Source of the DNA: Neocallimastix sp. 'constans'
Lineage: Eukaryota
DNA length: 64,000 bases
NCBI GenBank assembly: GCA_050613775.1
Contig: JBODTK010000150.1
Coordinates: 186,001-250,000, forward strand
Direction: 5' to 3'
Below the pieces are notes generated by a model. The model did not search any database. It was not told the DNA's origin and saw only the letters and a program-made list of their open reading frames with translations. How positions within the stretch are numbered: position 1 is the first letter of the stretch; the number at the start of each line of letters is the position of its first letter. Both the position numbers and the translations under genes were made by a program. Positions 22,735 to 37,981 of the stretch are shown piece by piece.

Positions 22735-24135
22735 ATAAATAAAAACAAAATTAATAAATTATTAAACAAATATTAAAAAAATTATTGATAATTATTTTTC
22801 TTTTTATTGAGTCTTTTTTTGTTCTTTTAATGTTTTATATTTAACATATATTTATTAATATAAAATATTTATTACTTTATTATTTTGTTTTTTAAATTTT
22901 TATAATATATTTTAATAAAATATCATATTTTAAAACTTAAAGAGTGAAAAAAAAAAAAAAAATACACATATTTTAAGGTATAAATATTAAATAAGGTATA
23001 AATATTAATTTTTTTTTCTTTTTTAAAAAATAATTATTAAATATGTATATGTATAATATTCTCATTAACAAATTTTTTTTTTTTTATAGACTGAAGACTT
23101 TTGTTTCCCCCATATGTTAATATGGGTGTATGTTTAACTGTCATACCGGTAAGGCGTTGACGCTCGCAACATCCCATAAGCAAAGAAACTCCATATAGAA
23201 GTACTCTACGCGATCCTTAAGGTAACTCAGAGTTCTCATTAACCAAAATTTTAATTATTAATTATTTTATAAAAATTCTTTTTTTTTTTTTTACTTTTTT
23301 TTATATATAAATTGGAAGAAACAAAAAAATTATGGAAATTAGGCACAAATTAAAATTTTAGAATGTATTTTTTTTCCTGACCAATATATAATATATATAT
23401 CATTTAAATTTTACATAATAAAAATATATAAATACTAGTATTATTTTGTTAATAATAATTATTATTAAATACATTTATTATTTCTATTTGATGAGTTATT
23501 GAAATCAATATATATATATATTATAATAATTTTTATGAATTATTGAAATAATAATTAATACTTTACATTATTATTTTCATTAACCATTATTTCAATTTAT
23601 TAATTTTTACTGGAGTTTTATAAATTGAACAAAATATTAAAGACATTAACCATAAATTAATTTATATATTTTTTGATTATTTATATTATATATGCTTTTA
23701 TTAAGTTTCATATAAATTTAATGAGTTTATTATAAAAAATTAAATTAATAAATTATTAAACAAATATTAGAAAAATCAATGATAATTTTCTCTCTTAATA
23801 AAGAAAGTCTTTTTTTTTTTTTTTTTTCTAATGCTATATATTTAACATTTATTTATTAATATAAAATATTTATTACTTATTATTTAATTTTTTTAATATA
23901 TTTTAATAATATATCATATTTTGAAAAAAAAAAAAAAAGAAGTGAAAAAAAAAAAAATTACACATATTTTAAAGTATAAATATTAAATAATGTAACCAAA
24001 ATTTTAATTACTAATTATTTTAAAAAAAAAATTTTTTAAACATTTTTTTATATAAAAATTGGAAAGAACAAAAATTTATGGAAATTAACCACAAATTAAA
24101 TTTTTAAAATTATTTTTCGACTGATCCAATATATT
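22735..24135. repeat. Diverged direct duplication (~22735-23400 vs ~23735-24135)
   Basis: Shared blocks AAATTATTAAACAAATATTA, TACACATATTTTAA, AACCAAAATTTTAATTA, AATTGGAA...ATGGAAATTA; the first copy has an extra ~240 bp. Confidence 0.8.
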
Positions 24136-24744
24136 TTTTTATTATTGAAATTTAATTAAAATTTTAATAAGAAAAAAAGTATAAAAGGGCAAAAAAATTT
24201 CAAAAAAAATTTATTTCTTCAGAACATTTATTTTTATATTATAAATACTTTTATAGTAAAGTTTTTTAAATTTTTTTTTTCAAATAAAAGTAAATTACAT
24301 GTACGGAAGATCAAATGGCTACTTCAATAAAGAAATAAATAAAAATAAAAAAAAAGATAACCTAAGAAAAAAAAATTTTTAGAAAAATGATGAAAAAAGA
24401 AGATAAAGGAGAAAGTCTTATTAAAGGATCAAAAATGAATAAAAGTTATGATATTGTATTTTCCCTAAACTTTGGGTTTCAGTTTTTATTTTTAGTTCAT
24501 TTATAAAAATATATTAATAATAATATATTTTAAACTGATTTTTAATAAGAACAAAAGCGAAATGAAAATAAATCTCAAATTTAATTGATCTGGAAAATGA
24601 TGGTCACAGCTACTCTAAGAAGAATTATAAGGAATCTCAATTAAGTATTAATGATAAACAGTTTAATTTAAAAAGATACAACCATTAATATTGATTTTCA
24701 TTAATTTAAATAATTTGTTTGATCATAATAAAAAATCATTTTTA

Positions 24745-27700
24745 AAATTTATTTTTAGATAGTTACAGCAACCATTTTTTTAAAATCAAATATAAATTGG
24801 ATTTTTTAAAGCTATCTAGTTTTTATTATAAATAAGAATATTTTAATTAATTATTCAATAATGTAATTAAAATGTTCTTATTTCATTTTATTCATTATTA
24901 TTATAAGAATCTAAAATGAATAAAAAGAAAATATAATCTATGTATAAAATTTATTTTTTTATTCATTTTAATTTTTATGATAATAATAAGAAATAAAAAA
25001 AAAAAAATAATAGTAATTAAATATATTTAAATTGGCAGCTATTGAAATAGTTACTTCTACTAATCTAAAATCATAACAGTAATAATTTTAAATTATTACT
25101 GTTATTCTTAAATTATCAGTGTAATTTTTAATTACTATTCTATCTTCTGCCATTTATAAAATTTATAAGTATTTTATTTATTAATATTAACAAATATTAA
25201 TTATAAGATATTTATAAAGTAGTAATAAGTAATCCTATTCTTGATAATTAATAGTAATAATAAATCTTTTTGGAATTTTTATTTTTAGATAGTTACAGCA
25301 ACCATTTTTTTAAAATCAAATATAAATTGGATTTTTTAAAACTATCTAGTTTTTATTATAAATAAGAATATTTTATTTAATTATTCAGTAATAATGTAAT
25401 TAAAATGTTCTTATTTCATTTTATTCATTATTATTATAAGAATCTAAAATGAATAAAAAGAAAATATAATCTATGTATAAAATTTATTTTTTTATTCATT
25501 TTAATTTTTATGATAATAATAAGAAATAAAAAAAAAAAAATAATAATAATTAAATATATTTAAATTGGCAGCTATTGAAATAGTTACTTCTACTAATCTA
25601 AAATCATAACAGTAATAATTTTAAATTATTACTGTTATTCTTTAATTATCAGTGTAATTTTTAATTACTATTCTATCTTCTGCCATTTATAAAATTTATA
25701 AGTATTTTATTTATTAATATTAACAAATATTAATTATAAGATATTTATAAAGTAGTAATAAGTAATCCTATTCTTGATAATTAATAGTAATAATAAATCT
25801 TTTTGGAATTTTTATTTTTAGATAGTTACAGCAACCATTTTTTTAAAATCAAATATAAATTGGATTTTTTAAAACTATCTAGTTTTTTATTATAAATAAG
25901 AATATTTTATTTAATTATTCAGTAATAATGTAATTAAAATGTTCTTATTTCATTTTATTCATTATTATTATAAGAATCTAAAATGAATAAAAAGAAAATA
26001 TAATCTATGTATAAAATTTATTTTTTTATTCATTTTAATTTTTATGATAATAATAAGAAATAAAAAAAAAAATAATAATAATTAAATATATTTAAATTGG
26101 CAGCTATTGAAATAGTTACTTCTACTAATCTAAAATCATAACAGTAATAATTTTAAATTATTACTGTTATTCTTAAATTATCAGTGTAATTTTTAATTAC
26201 TATTCTATCTTCTGCCATTTATAAAATTTATAAGTATTTTATTTATTAATATTAACAAATATTAATTATAAGATATTTATAAAGTAGTAATAAGTAATCC
26301 TATTCTTGATAATTAATAGTAATAATAAATCTTTTTGGAATTTTTATTTTTAGATAGTTACAGCAACCATTTTTTTAAAATCAAATATAAATTGGATTTT
26401 TTAAAACTATCTAGTTTTTATTATAAATAAGAATATTTTATTTAATTATTCAGTAATAATGTAATTAAAATGTTCTTATTTCATTTTATTCATTATTATT
26501 ATAAGAATCTAAAATGAATAAAAAGAAAATATAATCTTTGTATAAAATTTATTTTTTTTATTCATTTTAATTTTTATAATAATAATATAAAAATAAATTA
26601 AATATATTTAAATTGGCAGCTATTGAAATAGTTACTTCTACTAATCTAAAATCATAACAGTAATAGTTTTAAATCACTATTCTATCTCCTGCCAAATTTA
26701 AATATTTATATAAGTATTTTTATTTTGATACTTATGAAGTAGTGTTATTAATAAAAATATTTATATTTTTTAAACTAAAAAAAATAAACAATTAGAAATT
26801 ATGATTCAATTATTAATTTAATATTTAGTAATAATGTGAAAATAATATAAATAAAACATTTATAAATGGCAGCTATTGAAATAGTTACTTCTATTAAATC
26901 TAATATCATAGAAGTAATAATTTTAAATTATTACTGTTATACTTAAAATTATCAGTGTAATTTTTAATTACTATTCTATCTTCTGCCATTTATAAAGCAT
27001 ATAAGTATTTTATTTATTAATATTAACAAATATTGATAATAAGATATTTATATAGTAGTAATAAGTAATCCTATACTTGTGATTAATAATAATAATAAAC
27101 CTTTTTGGAATTTTTATTTTTAGATAGTTACAGCAACCATTTTTTTAAATTCAAATATAAATTGGATTTTTTAAAACTATCTAGTTTTTATTATAAATAA
27201 GAATATTTTAATTAATTATTTAATAATAACGTAATTAAAATGTTCTTATTTCATTTTATTCATTTTTATTATAAGAATCTAAAATGTATAAAAAGAAAAT
27301 ATAATCTATGTATAAATTTTATTTTTTTTTTTATTCATTTTAATTTTTATGATAATATGAAAATTAAAAAAAATAATTAAATATATTTAAATTGGCAGCT
27401 ATTGAAATAGTTACTTCTATTAACTCTCGAATCAACAGAACAATTTTAAATTACTATTCTATCTCCTGCCAAATTTAAATATTTAAATAAGTATTTTTAT
27501 TTTAATTCTTATGAAGTATTTTTAATAAAAATATTTATTAAATTATGAAGAATAATTTAATTTAACATTTAGCAATAAAATTAGAAATAAAAAAAAATTA
27601 AAAGATTTATAAATGGCAGCTACTGAAATAGTTACTTCTATTAAATCTAATATCATAACAGTAATAATTTTAAATTATTACTGTTATACTTATCAGTGTA

Positions 27701-30700
27701 AATTTTAATTACTATTCTATCTTCTGCCATTTATAAAACATATAAGTATTTTATTTATTAATATTAACAAGTATTAATAATAAGATATTTATATAGTAGT
27801 AATAAGTAATACTATACTTGTGATTAATAATAATAATAACCATTTTGGATTTTTTTTAGATAGTTACTGCAACCATTTTTTTAAAATCAAATATAAATTG
27901 GATTTTTTAAAACTATCTAGTTTTTATTCTAAATAAGAATATTTTAATTAATTATTCAATAATAATGTAATTAAAAATTCTTATTCCATTTTATTCATTA
28001 TTTATTATAAGAATTTAAAATGAATAAAAAGAAAATATAATCTTTGTATAAAAATTTTTTTTTTATTCATTTTAATTTTTATAATAATAATATAAAAATA
28101 AATTAAATATATTTAAATTGGCAGCTATTGAAATAGTTACTTCTACTAATCTAAAATCATAACAGTAATAATTTTAAATCACTATTCTATCTCCTGCCAA
28201 ATTTAAATATTTAAATAAGTATTTTTATTTTAATTCTTATGAAGTATTTTTAATAAAAATATTTATTAAATTATGAAGAATAATTTAATTTAACATTTAG
28301 CAATAAAATTAGAAATAAAAAAAAATTAAAAGATTTATAAATGGCAGCTACTGAAATAGTTACTTCTATTAAATCTAATATCATAACAGTAATAATTTTA
28401 AATTATTACTGTTATACTTATCAGTGTAAATTTTAATTACTATTCTATCTTCTGCCATTTATAAAACATATAAGTATTTTATTTATTAATATTAACAAGT
28501 ATTAATAATAAGATATTTATATAGTAGTAATAAGTAATTCTATACTTGTGATTAATAATAATAATAAACCTTTTTGGAATTTTTATTTTTAGATAGTTAC
28601 AGCAATCATTTTTTTTTAAAATCAAATATAAATTGGATTTTTTAAAACTATCTAGTTTTTATTATAAATATGAATATTTTAATTAATTATTCAATAATAA
28701 TGTAATTAAAAATTCTTATTTATTTTATTTATTATTATTACAAGAATCTATAATGATTATAAATATAAATTATATAATCAATATATATATATAATTTATT
28801 TTTTATTCATTTTAATTTTTATGATAATATTGAAAATTAAAAAAAATAATTATATATATTTAAATTGGCAGCTATTGAAATAGTTACTTCTACTAATCTA
28901 AAATCATAACAGTAATAATTTTAAATTACTATTCTATCTCCTGCCAAATTTAAATAATTATATAAGTATTTTTATTTTGATATTTATGATGTAGTGTTAT
29001 TGATAAAAATATTTCTATTTTTTAAACTGAAAGGAATATTAAATTATAGAAAAAAATAAATCATTTATAAATGGCAGCTATTGAAATAGTTACTTCTATT
29101 AAATCTAATATCATAACAGTAATAATTTTAAATTATTACTGTTATACTTAAATTATCAGTGTAATTTTTAATTACTATTCTATCTTCTGCCATTTATAAA
29201 ATTTATAAGTATTTTATTTAATAATATTAATAAATATTGATAATAAAATATTTATATAGTAGTAAAAAGTAATCCTATACTTATATTTAAAAATAATAAA
29301 AAACTTTATTTAATTTTTATTTTTAGATAGTCACAGCAATCATTTTTTTTTTAAAATCAAATATAAATTGGATTTTTTAAAACTATCTAGTTTTTATTCT
29401 AAATAAGAATATTTTAATTAATTATTCAATAATAATGTAATTAAAATGTTCTTATTTCATTTTATTCATTATTATTATAAGAATCTAAAATGATTATAAA
29501 TATAAACTATATAATCAATATATATAATTTAATTTTTATTATTTTAATTTTTATGATTATTTTAATTTTTATGATAATATTGAAAATTAAAAAAAAATAA
29601 TTAAATATATTTAAATTGGCAGCTATTGAAATAGTTACTTCTATTAACTCTCTAATAAACAGAACAATTTTAAATCACTATTCTATCTCCTGCCAAATTT
29701 AAATATTTATATAAGTATTTTTATTTTGATTCTTATGAAGTAGTGTTATTAATAAAAATATTTATATTTTTTAAAGTAAAAAAAATAAACAATTGGAAAT
29801 TATGATTTATAAATGGCAGCTATTGAAATAGTTACTTCTATTAAATCTAATATCATAGCAGTAATAATTTTAAATTATTACTGTTATACTTAAAATTATC
29901 AGTGTAATTTTTAATTACTATTCTATCTTCTGCTATTTATAAAATTTATAAGTATTTTATTAATTAATATTAACAAATATTGATAATAAGATATTTATAT
30001 AGTATTAATAAGTAATCCTATATTTGTGATTAATACTAATAATAAATCTTTTTGGAATTTTTATTTTTAGATAGTTACAGCGACCATTTTTTTAAAATCA
30101 AATATAAATTGGATTTTTTAAAACTATCTAGTTTTTATTATAAATAAGAATATTTTAATTAATTATACAATAATGATGTAATTAAAATGTTCTTATTTCA
30201 TTTTATTTATTATTATTACAAGAATCTAAAATGATTATAAATATAAATTATATAATCAATATATATATATAATTTATTTTTTATTCATTTTAATTTTTAT
30301 GATAACATGAAAATTAAAAAAAATAATTAAATATATTTAAATTGGCAGCTATTGAAATAGTTACTTCTACTAATCTAAAATCATAACAGTAATTATTTTA
30401 AATTACTATTCTATCTCCTGCCAAATTTAAATATATATATAAGTATTTTTATTTTGATACATATGAAGTAGTGTTATTAATAAAAATATTTATATTTTTT
30501 AAAGTAAAAAGAATAAACAATTGGAAATTATGATTTATAAATGGCAGCTATTGAAATAGTTACTTCTATTAAATCTAATATCATAGCAGTAATAATTTTA
30601 AAATTATTACTGTTATACTTAAATTATCAGTGTAATTTTTAATTACTATTCTATCTTCTACCATTTATAAAACATATAAGTATTTTATTTATTAATATTA

Positions 30701-32270
30701 ACAAATATTAATAATAAGATATTTATATATATTAAAAATCAATTATTATATGCTCCTAATTAAAAATAATAATAAACCTTTTTGGAATTTTTATTTTTAG
30801 ATAGTCACAGCAACCATTTTTTTAAAATCAAATATAAATTGGATTTTTTAAAACTATCTAGTTTTATTATAAATAAGAATATTTTAATTAATTATTCAAT
30901 AATAAAGTAATTAAAATGTTCTTATTTCATTTTATTCATTATTATTATAAGAATCTAAAATGAATAAAAAGAAAATATAATCTTTGTATAAAATTTATTT
31001 TTTTTATTCATTTTAAAATTTATAATAATAATATAAAAATAAATTAAATATATTCAAATTGGCAGCTATTGAAATAGTTACTTCTACTAATCTAAAATCA
31101 TAACAGTAATAATTTTAAATTACTATTCTATCTCCTGCCAAATTTAAATATTTATATATAAGTATTTTTATTTTGATACTTATGATGTAGTGTTATTAAT
31201 AGAAATATTTATATTTTTTAAACTAAAAAGAATAAACAATTGGAAAGTATGATTTATAAATGGCAGCTATTGAAATAGTTACTTCTATTAAATCTAATAT
31301 CATAGCAGTAATAATTTTAAAATTATTACTGTTATACTTAAATTATCAGTGTAATTTTTAATTACTATTCTATCTTCTACCATTTATAAAACATATAAGT
31401 ATTTTATTTATTAATATTAACAAATATTAATAATAAGATATTTATATATATTAAAAATCAATTATTATATGCTCCTAATTAAAAATAATAATAAACCTTT
31501 TTGGAATTTTTATTTTTAGATAGTCACAGCAACCATTTTTTTAAAATCAAATATAAATTGGATTTTTTAAAACTATCTAGTTTTATTATAAATAAGAATA
31601 TTTTAATTAATTATTCAATAATAAAGTAATTAAAATGTTCTTATTTCATTTTATTCATTATTATTATAAGAATCTAAAATGAATAAAAAGAAAATATAAT
31701 CTATGTATAAAATTTATTTTTTTATTCATTTTAATTTTTATTGTAATAATGAAAAAATAAAATATTGATAATAAAATATTTATATAGTAGTATAAGTAAT
31801 CCTATACTTATATTTAAAAATAATAAAAAACTTTATTTAATTTTTATTTTTAGATAGTTACAGCAATCATTTTTTAAAATCAAATATATAATGGATTTTT
31901 TAAAACTATCTAGTTTTATTATAAATAAGAATAGTTTAATTAATTATTCAATGATAACATCATTAAAAGATTCTTATTTCATTTTATTCATTGTTATTAT
32001 AAGAATTTAAAAAGAATAAACAGAAATTATATAGTTTTAATATATATATATATATTTTAAACATTTTAATTTTTATGATAATAATGAAAAATAAAAAAAA
32101 ATAATAATAATAATAATAATTAAACATATTTAAATTTGCAGCTATTGAAATAGTTACTTCTATTAAATCTCAAATCATTAGAACAATTTTAAATTACTAT
32201 TCTATCTCCTGCTAAATTTAAATAATTATATAAGTATTTTTAATTTAATACATATGAAGTATTTTTAATA
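24745..32270. repeat. Higher-order tandem array (about 530-bp then 720-770-bp units) of palindromic modules
   Basis: TAGATAGT(T/C)AC(A/T)GC.. module at ~24756, 25286, 25819, 26351, 27121, 27857, 28590, 29324, 30068, 30798, 31517, 31851; about 18 GGCAGCTATTGAAATAGTTACTTCTA modules. Confidence 0.97.
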
Positions 32271-33024
32271 AAAAATATTTATATACTTTTTTTTTTTTTT
32301 TTAAAGAAAAAAAAAAAATTAATTCGAGATTAACGTGTTTAGAATATTAATCCTGATTAATTTTTTTTTTTTTTTTTTTTGACTATATAATATATATATT
32401 ATGTATGTACTCTTGTAAAATTAATTTAATTAATTTATTAAAAGCTAGATCCATCTATTCTTTATTTAAAAAAAAAAAAAAACTTTATCTGAGGAGAAAT
32501 AAAACCCAATAATAAAAAATATTTTAATTTTTTTTCCTTTTTTTTATCATTATTATTATTATTATAATTACTATAAAAAAAAAAAAAATAATATATATAT
32601 ATATATATTTAAATTAAATTAATTTTTTTTTATAAGATTAAAAAAAAAAAAGTAGTTTAATTTAAATAAAAAAATAAAAATAAAAATAAAAATAAAAATA
32701 AAAATAAAAATAAAAATAAAATAAATATATAAATATCATATATAATAATTAAGAAAGGAGAAAAAAAAAAAAAAAAAAAGAATTCCACTTCTAATGAATT
32801 CCTTTTTAGTTTTTACTATTTAAAAGAATTTTTCTTTTTTTCTATTTTTTTTTTTTTTTTTCTTGTACAATATTTTATTCTATTTTTTCTATATGTTGTA
32901 TTGTTTAATTTTTTTATTTTTATAAAATATTCTATAGAATTATTAAAATAATTTCTATAGAACGAAAAATTGAGAAATAAAAAAAAATTTTTTTATTTTA
33001 AATGAAATTTTAATTAAAAAAAAA

Positions 33025-33340
33025 TAATAATAAAAATAATAAATTATAAATAATAATAAATAATAAATAAATAAATAATAAATAATAAATAAATAATAAT
33101 AAATAATAATAAATAATAAATAATAAATAAATAAATAATAAAAATAATAAATAATAAATAATAATAAATAATAAATAATAATAAATAATAAATAATAATA
33201 ATAATTAATAATAATAATAATTAATAATAATAATAATAATAAATAAATAATAATAATAATAATTAATGATAATTAATAATAATTAATAATAATAATAATA
33301 ATAAATAATAATAATAATAATAAATAATAATAAATAATAA
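33025..33340. repeat. (AATAAAT)n/(AAT)n simple repeat
   Basis: Direct reading. Confidence 0.9.
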
Positions 33341-35616
33341 AAAGATTAAATAATATAAATATATATAAATTCTTAAAAATATAGATTTACAGATATACAT
33401 ATCATCTAATAATAATATATTATATAAAATTTTTATTTGAAAAAAAAAAAAAAAAAAAAAAAAAAAAACATTTTTAATTTTATAGATTTTATTATTATAA
33501 TTCTATTATCTATTTTATATATATATATATTATTACATATCTATTAAGTTGATTTATATATTCATATATTTATTATTAATTTTTTTTTTTTTATTTTATT
33601 TTTTTTAACTTTTCTATCTTTAAAGATGAATTATGAATTATAAAATAAATTTTTCTTTTTAATAAATGTATAAATTATACAATTAAAAAAAAATAAACTT
33701 TTTTGATTAAATTTATTATTAATTTTTTTTTTTTTTTAACTTTATATTTTTCTATAGTTTATTAATATTTATTATTATTATTATTGTTATTATTATTGTT
33801 ATTATTATTATAGTTATATGACTTTAAAAAAAATAAAATAAAAGTTCAGAATGGATAAATGTACCCAAAAGATAAATTATATATAAAAAAAAAAATGAAT
33901 ATTTCAAATTAATAAAAAAAATTTAATAAAAAAATATTTAAATCTTTTTTTTTTTTTTTTTTAAATAACTAAAAATTTTAATTATTTAATTAAATAATTA
34001 AATAATTTCCATATTCTATACAACTATTATTATTACAATCTTATTATTATAAATACAATTTTCTATTATTATTATTATAAATACAATCTTATTATTTATT
34101 GTAAATTAGAGATAAGTATAATAATTAAAAAAAAAATTGTTAAATAAATAAATAATAAATAAATAATTAGAATAATTAAAATAATATTAAAATAATAATT
34201 AAATAAATGAATAATAATTAAATAAATAAAAATAAATAATATTAAAATAATAAATAAATAAATAATAATTAAATAAATAACCATAAAATAATATTAAATA
34301 AATAAATAATTAAATTATAATTAAATAAATAACAATAAAATAATACTAAAATAAAAATCGCCACTAAATTAAAATTTAATAAAGAATAATAATAACAAAT
34401 AATTAAGAAGAAAAAAAAATAAATAAATAAAAGTATAGAAGTTTTTGTGGCTTTACTTTCTCTTTAAAAAAAAATAAAAAATAAAAAATTTTTTAAATAT
34501 AAAATAAAATAATTAAATATAAAATTAAAAAATTAAAAATAATTAAATATAAAAATAAAAAAGATGTAAATTTTTTTTTTTAATTTTTCTTTTCTTAAAA
34601 TAATAATCTATTTTTTATTCAGTGTTATTAGTATAAAATAATATTAAAATAAAAATCATTAACAGTTTTTTTTTTTTTTTTCTTATTGATATATAAATAT
34701 AGATAGATAGATTTTATATGTATATTTATTAGTTTTCTTGGGTAAAGAATTTATTGTAAACTATCATCATTCATCATCATCATTTAATATATAAAAAAGA
34801 AGATAAAAATTATTAAATATCAACTTATTTTTATGGATTACATAAAATCATTATTATTATTCATTATTATTATTATTGATTATTATTGATTATTATTGAT
34901 TATTATTATTATTATTATTATTATTACTAATTGAAATAAAAAAAGAACCAAATTGATAATTATTCCTTTTTGTTATTAAATTTTATGATTATTAAACTAT
35001 TTTATTAAAAAAAATGGAAGAAGAAAGAAAAAATCATTTTAACATTTTTTTTTTTTATTATTTAAAAAAAAAGGTAAAATACAATAATAATAATAATAAT
35101 AATAATAATAAAGCTTTTATATAAATATTTTTTTTACTTTTAAAAATTTTTTATTATTTATTAAAAAAAATTTTTTTTTTATTTTATTAAATTATCATAT
35201 AAAAGTCTTTTATTATATTATTTTATATATTTATTTATTTATTTAAATTTATATTTATTATTTTACTCATTGATTATGATATATATATATTGTATTTTAA
35301 TACAAACCATTTCTTAATAATTAATAATAATTAATTTTATCTTCTAACTCAAACAAAAAAAAAATATTTCTTTAGCTTATATACTATTTATTGATAAATT
35401 TTTATTAAAATACAATATCTATACTAGAATTAAGAAATGATTAAGTTATTTTGAGGGGGAAAAAAAATAATGAAATTAAAATAATTAATAAAAAATAATT
35501 AAAAAAAAATTAATTATATAAAATAAAATGTAACACGTGTTAACCTTAATAATTAAAAAAAATTTTTTTTTTGGCTTATGTTCATTTTTTTGTCCATAGC
35601 TTTTAAATAGATAAAA

Positions 35617-36070
35617 TAAATAATAAATAATAAATAATAAATAATAAATAATAAATAATAAATAATAAATAATAAATAATAAATAATAAATAATAAATAA
35701 TAAATAATAAATAATAAATAATAAATAATAAATAATAAATAATAAATAATAAATAATAAATAATAAATAATAAATAATAAATAATAAATAATAAATAATA
35801 AATAATATGAGTATTATTAATAAATAATAAATAATATATAAATAAATAATAAATAATAAATAATAAATAATAAATAATAAATAATAAATAATAAATAATA
35901 AATAATAAATAATAAATAATAAATAAAAAATAATAAATAATAAATAATAAATAATAAATAATAAATAATAAATAATAAATAATAAATAATAAATAATAAA
36001 TAATAAATAATAAATAAAAAATAATAAATAATAAATAATAAATAATAAATAATAAATAATAAATAATAAA
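35617..36070. repeat. (AATAAAT)n heptamer satellite
   Basis: About 450 bp, near-perfect. Confidence 0.95.
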
Positions 36071-36209
36071 ATTTTTATTATATAAAATAAAATTTAAATT
36101 ATTTTATAAAGAGCTTGAAAAAGAGAAGAGAGAAGAAAAGAAAAAAAGAGAGAAAGAGAGAAGTGGTTTTGATTATAAGATAAAAAATCAATGGAAAAAT
36201 AAAAATAAA

Positions 36210-36368
36210 ATAGCTATAAAAAAGCTATAAATTATCTATAGCTATAAATTATATAAATTATATACATAGCTATTACTCATCTATAGCTATTAAATATCTA
36301 TAGCTATTAATTATCTATAGCTAATTATCTACAGTTATTATCTATAGCTATTAATTATCTATAGCTAT
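36210..36368. repeat. Degenerate TATCTATAGCTA(TT) minisatellite
   Basis: Recurrent TAGCTA/CTATAG palindromic cores. Confidence 0.75.
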
Positions 36369-37981
36369 GCTTTAAATAAATAAATAAAAAAATATAAATA
36401 GATATAAAAAAAAAAAAGAAACAACTCATAACAAACCATGTAAAACGTTTAAACACAAATAATATAAAGAAAAAAGCTGTAGTACAAAAAAAATTTTTTT
36501 TTTTTTTTGGTTCTGTTTTTTTTCTATATATATATAAATATATTTATATAGAAATTATTGAAGAATTATAAATGTAAACAAATTTTTTTTTTTTTTTTTT
36601 TGCAAAAGAAAAACAGAAAAAAAAAAATAGATTATTCTTTAAAAAAAAAAAAAAGATAATTATTTATAGATTTTTTAATTAGGAAATTATGGATAATACA
36701 TTAATAGATAAGAAACGAAATGAATACTTAATAATAAATAATTGAATAATAAATAATAAATAAATAATAAATAAATAAATAATAAATAAATAAATAATAA
36801 ATAATATATAAATAATTAATATATAAATAAATAAATAATAAATAATGTATTAATAGTAAATACATTACAAAATGTATTAATAATGTATTAATAAGTTGAT
36901 AATGATACATCATATTATTTCTATAAAATATTCTATAAATATGAATAAAATACTCTTTTATATATAATTAATATAAAAAATAAAAATTATCTTTTTATTA
37001 TTTATTTCTTATGCAACCAAAAGAATACCAATAACGGTGATTAAAATTTTTTTAGATTGATCTCTTCTATCTTCTATCATAATAAAGATATATATATATT
37101 TCATTTATTTTTATTTTTTTTTTTTTTTATTTTTATTTTTAATAAAGCAAAACAAGAAAATAAATATATTTTATATTTATTTATTTATTTGTTAATTATT
37201 TTTTAATTAATTTTATTTTAAATTTTTTTTATTTGGTATATAAAATTGGTTTTATTATTATTATTATTTTTATTATTATTATTCAATAGTTTTAATAATG
37301 TGGTATATTATAAAATATTTATATATATATTTAACTATATAACAATTATTTTCATTTTATAAAAAAATAAAAATAAAATAGAAAAAAAATTTTTTTTTTT
37401 TTAAATTTTATATTACTAATATAAAATAAATAAAATAAATAAATTATATCAAATATTATTAATAATATTATTATTTTTTTATTTTATTTTTTTTTTTTTC
37501 TTTTTTTGAATGATAAATAGATTTTGAAAATATTTATTACTATTATTATTATTATTATTAGTTCTTTTAAAAGAATGGTATAATTTCATAAAGTAGTTAA
37601 AGTAGTTTTTAGAATCATAAATTAAAAAATTAAAAAAAAAAAATTATCATTAGTATATAATATATCTATATATCATAATATATACATATGTATAGATATA
37701 AAACTATTACTACTACTATTATATATTTATATTGTTTTAATTAATGTTTATGTTTATATTTAAATGTCTAATTCTAATAATAATAATAATAATAATTGTT
37801 ATTATTATTATTATTATTATTTTATCTTTTTTTTTTTTTTTTTTTTTTTGGATCATCATAATCCCCTACTTATTTTATTATTTTTTTTTTATTATTTTTT
37901 TTTAACAATATCAATGATGATTGTTTAGAAAGAGATTATAACTTTTTTTATTTATTTATTTATTTCCATTGAATTTAGTTT

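Noticed and set aside
24295..24700. Possible coding remnant before the array
   Set aside because: No sustained frame or recognisable motif.
24745..32270. CRISPR array
   Set aside because: Sequences between conserved motifs are themselves repeated and long; no cas genes; eukaryotic context.
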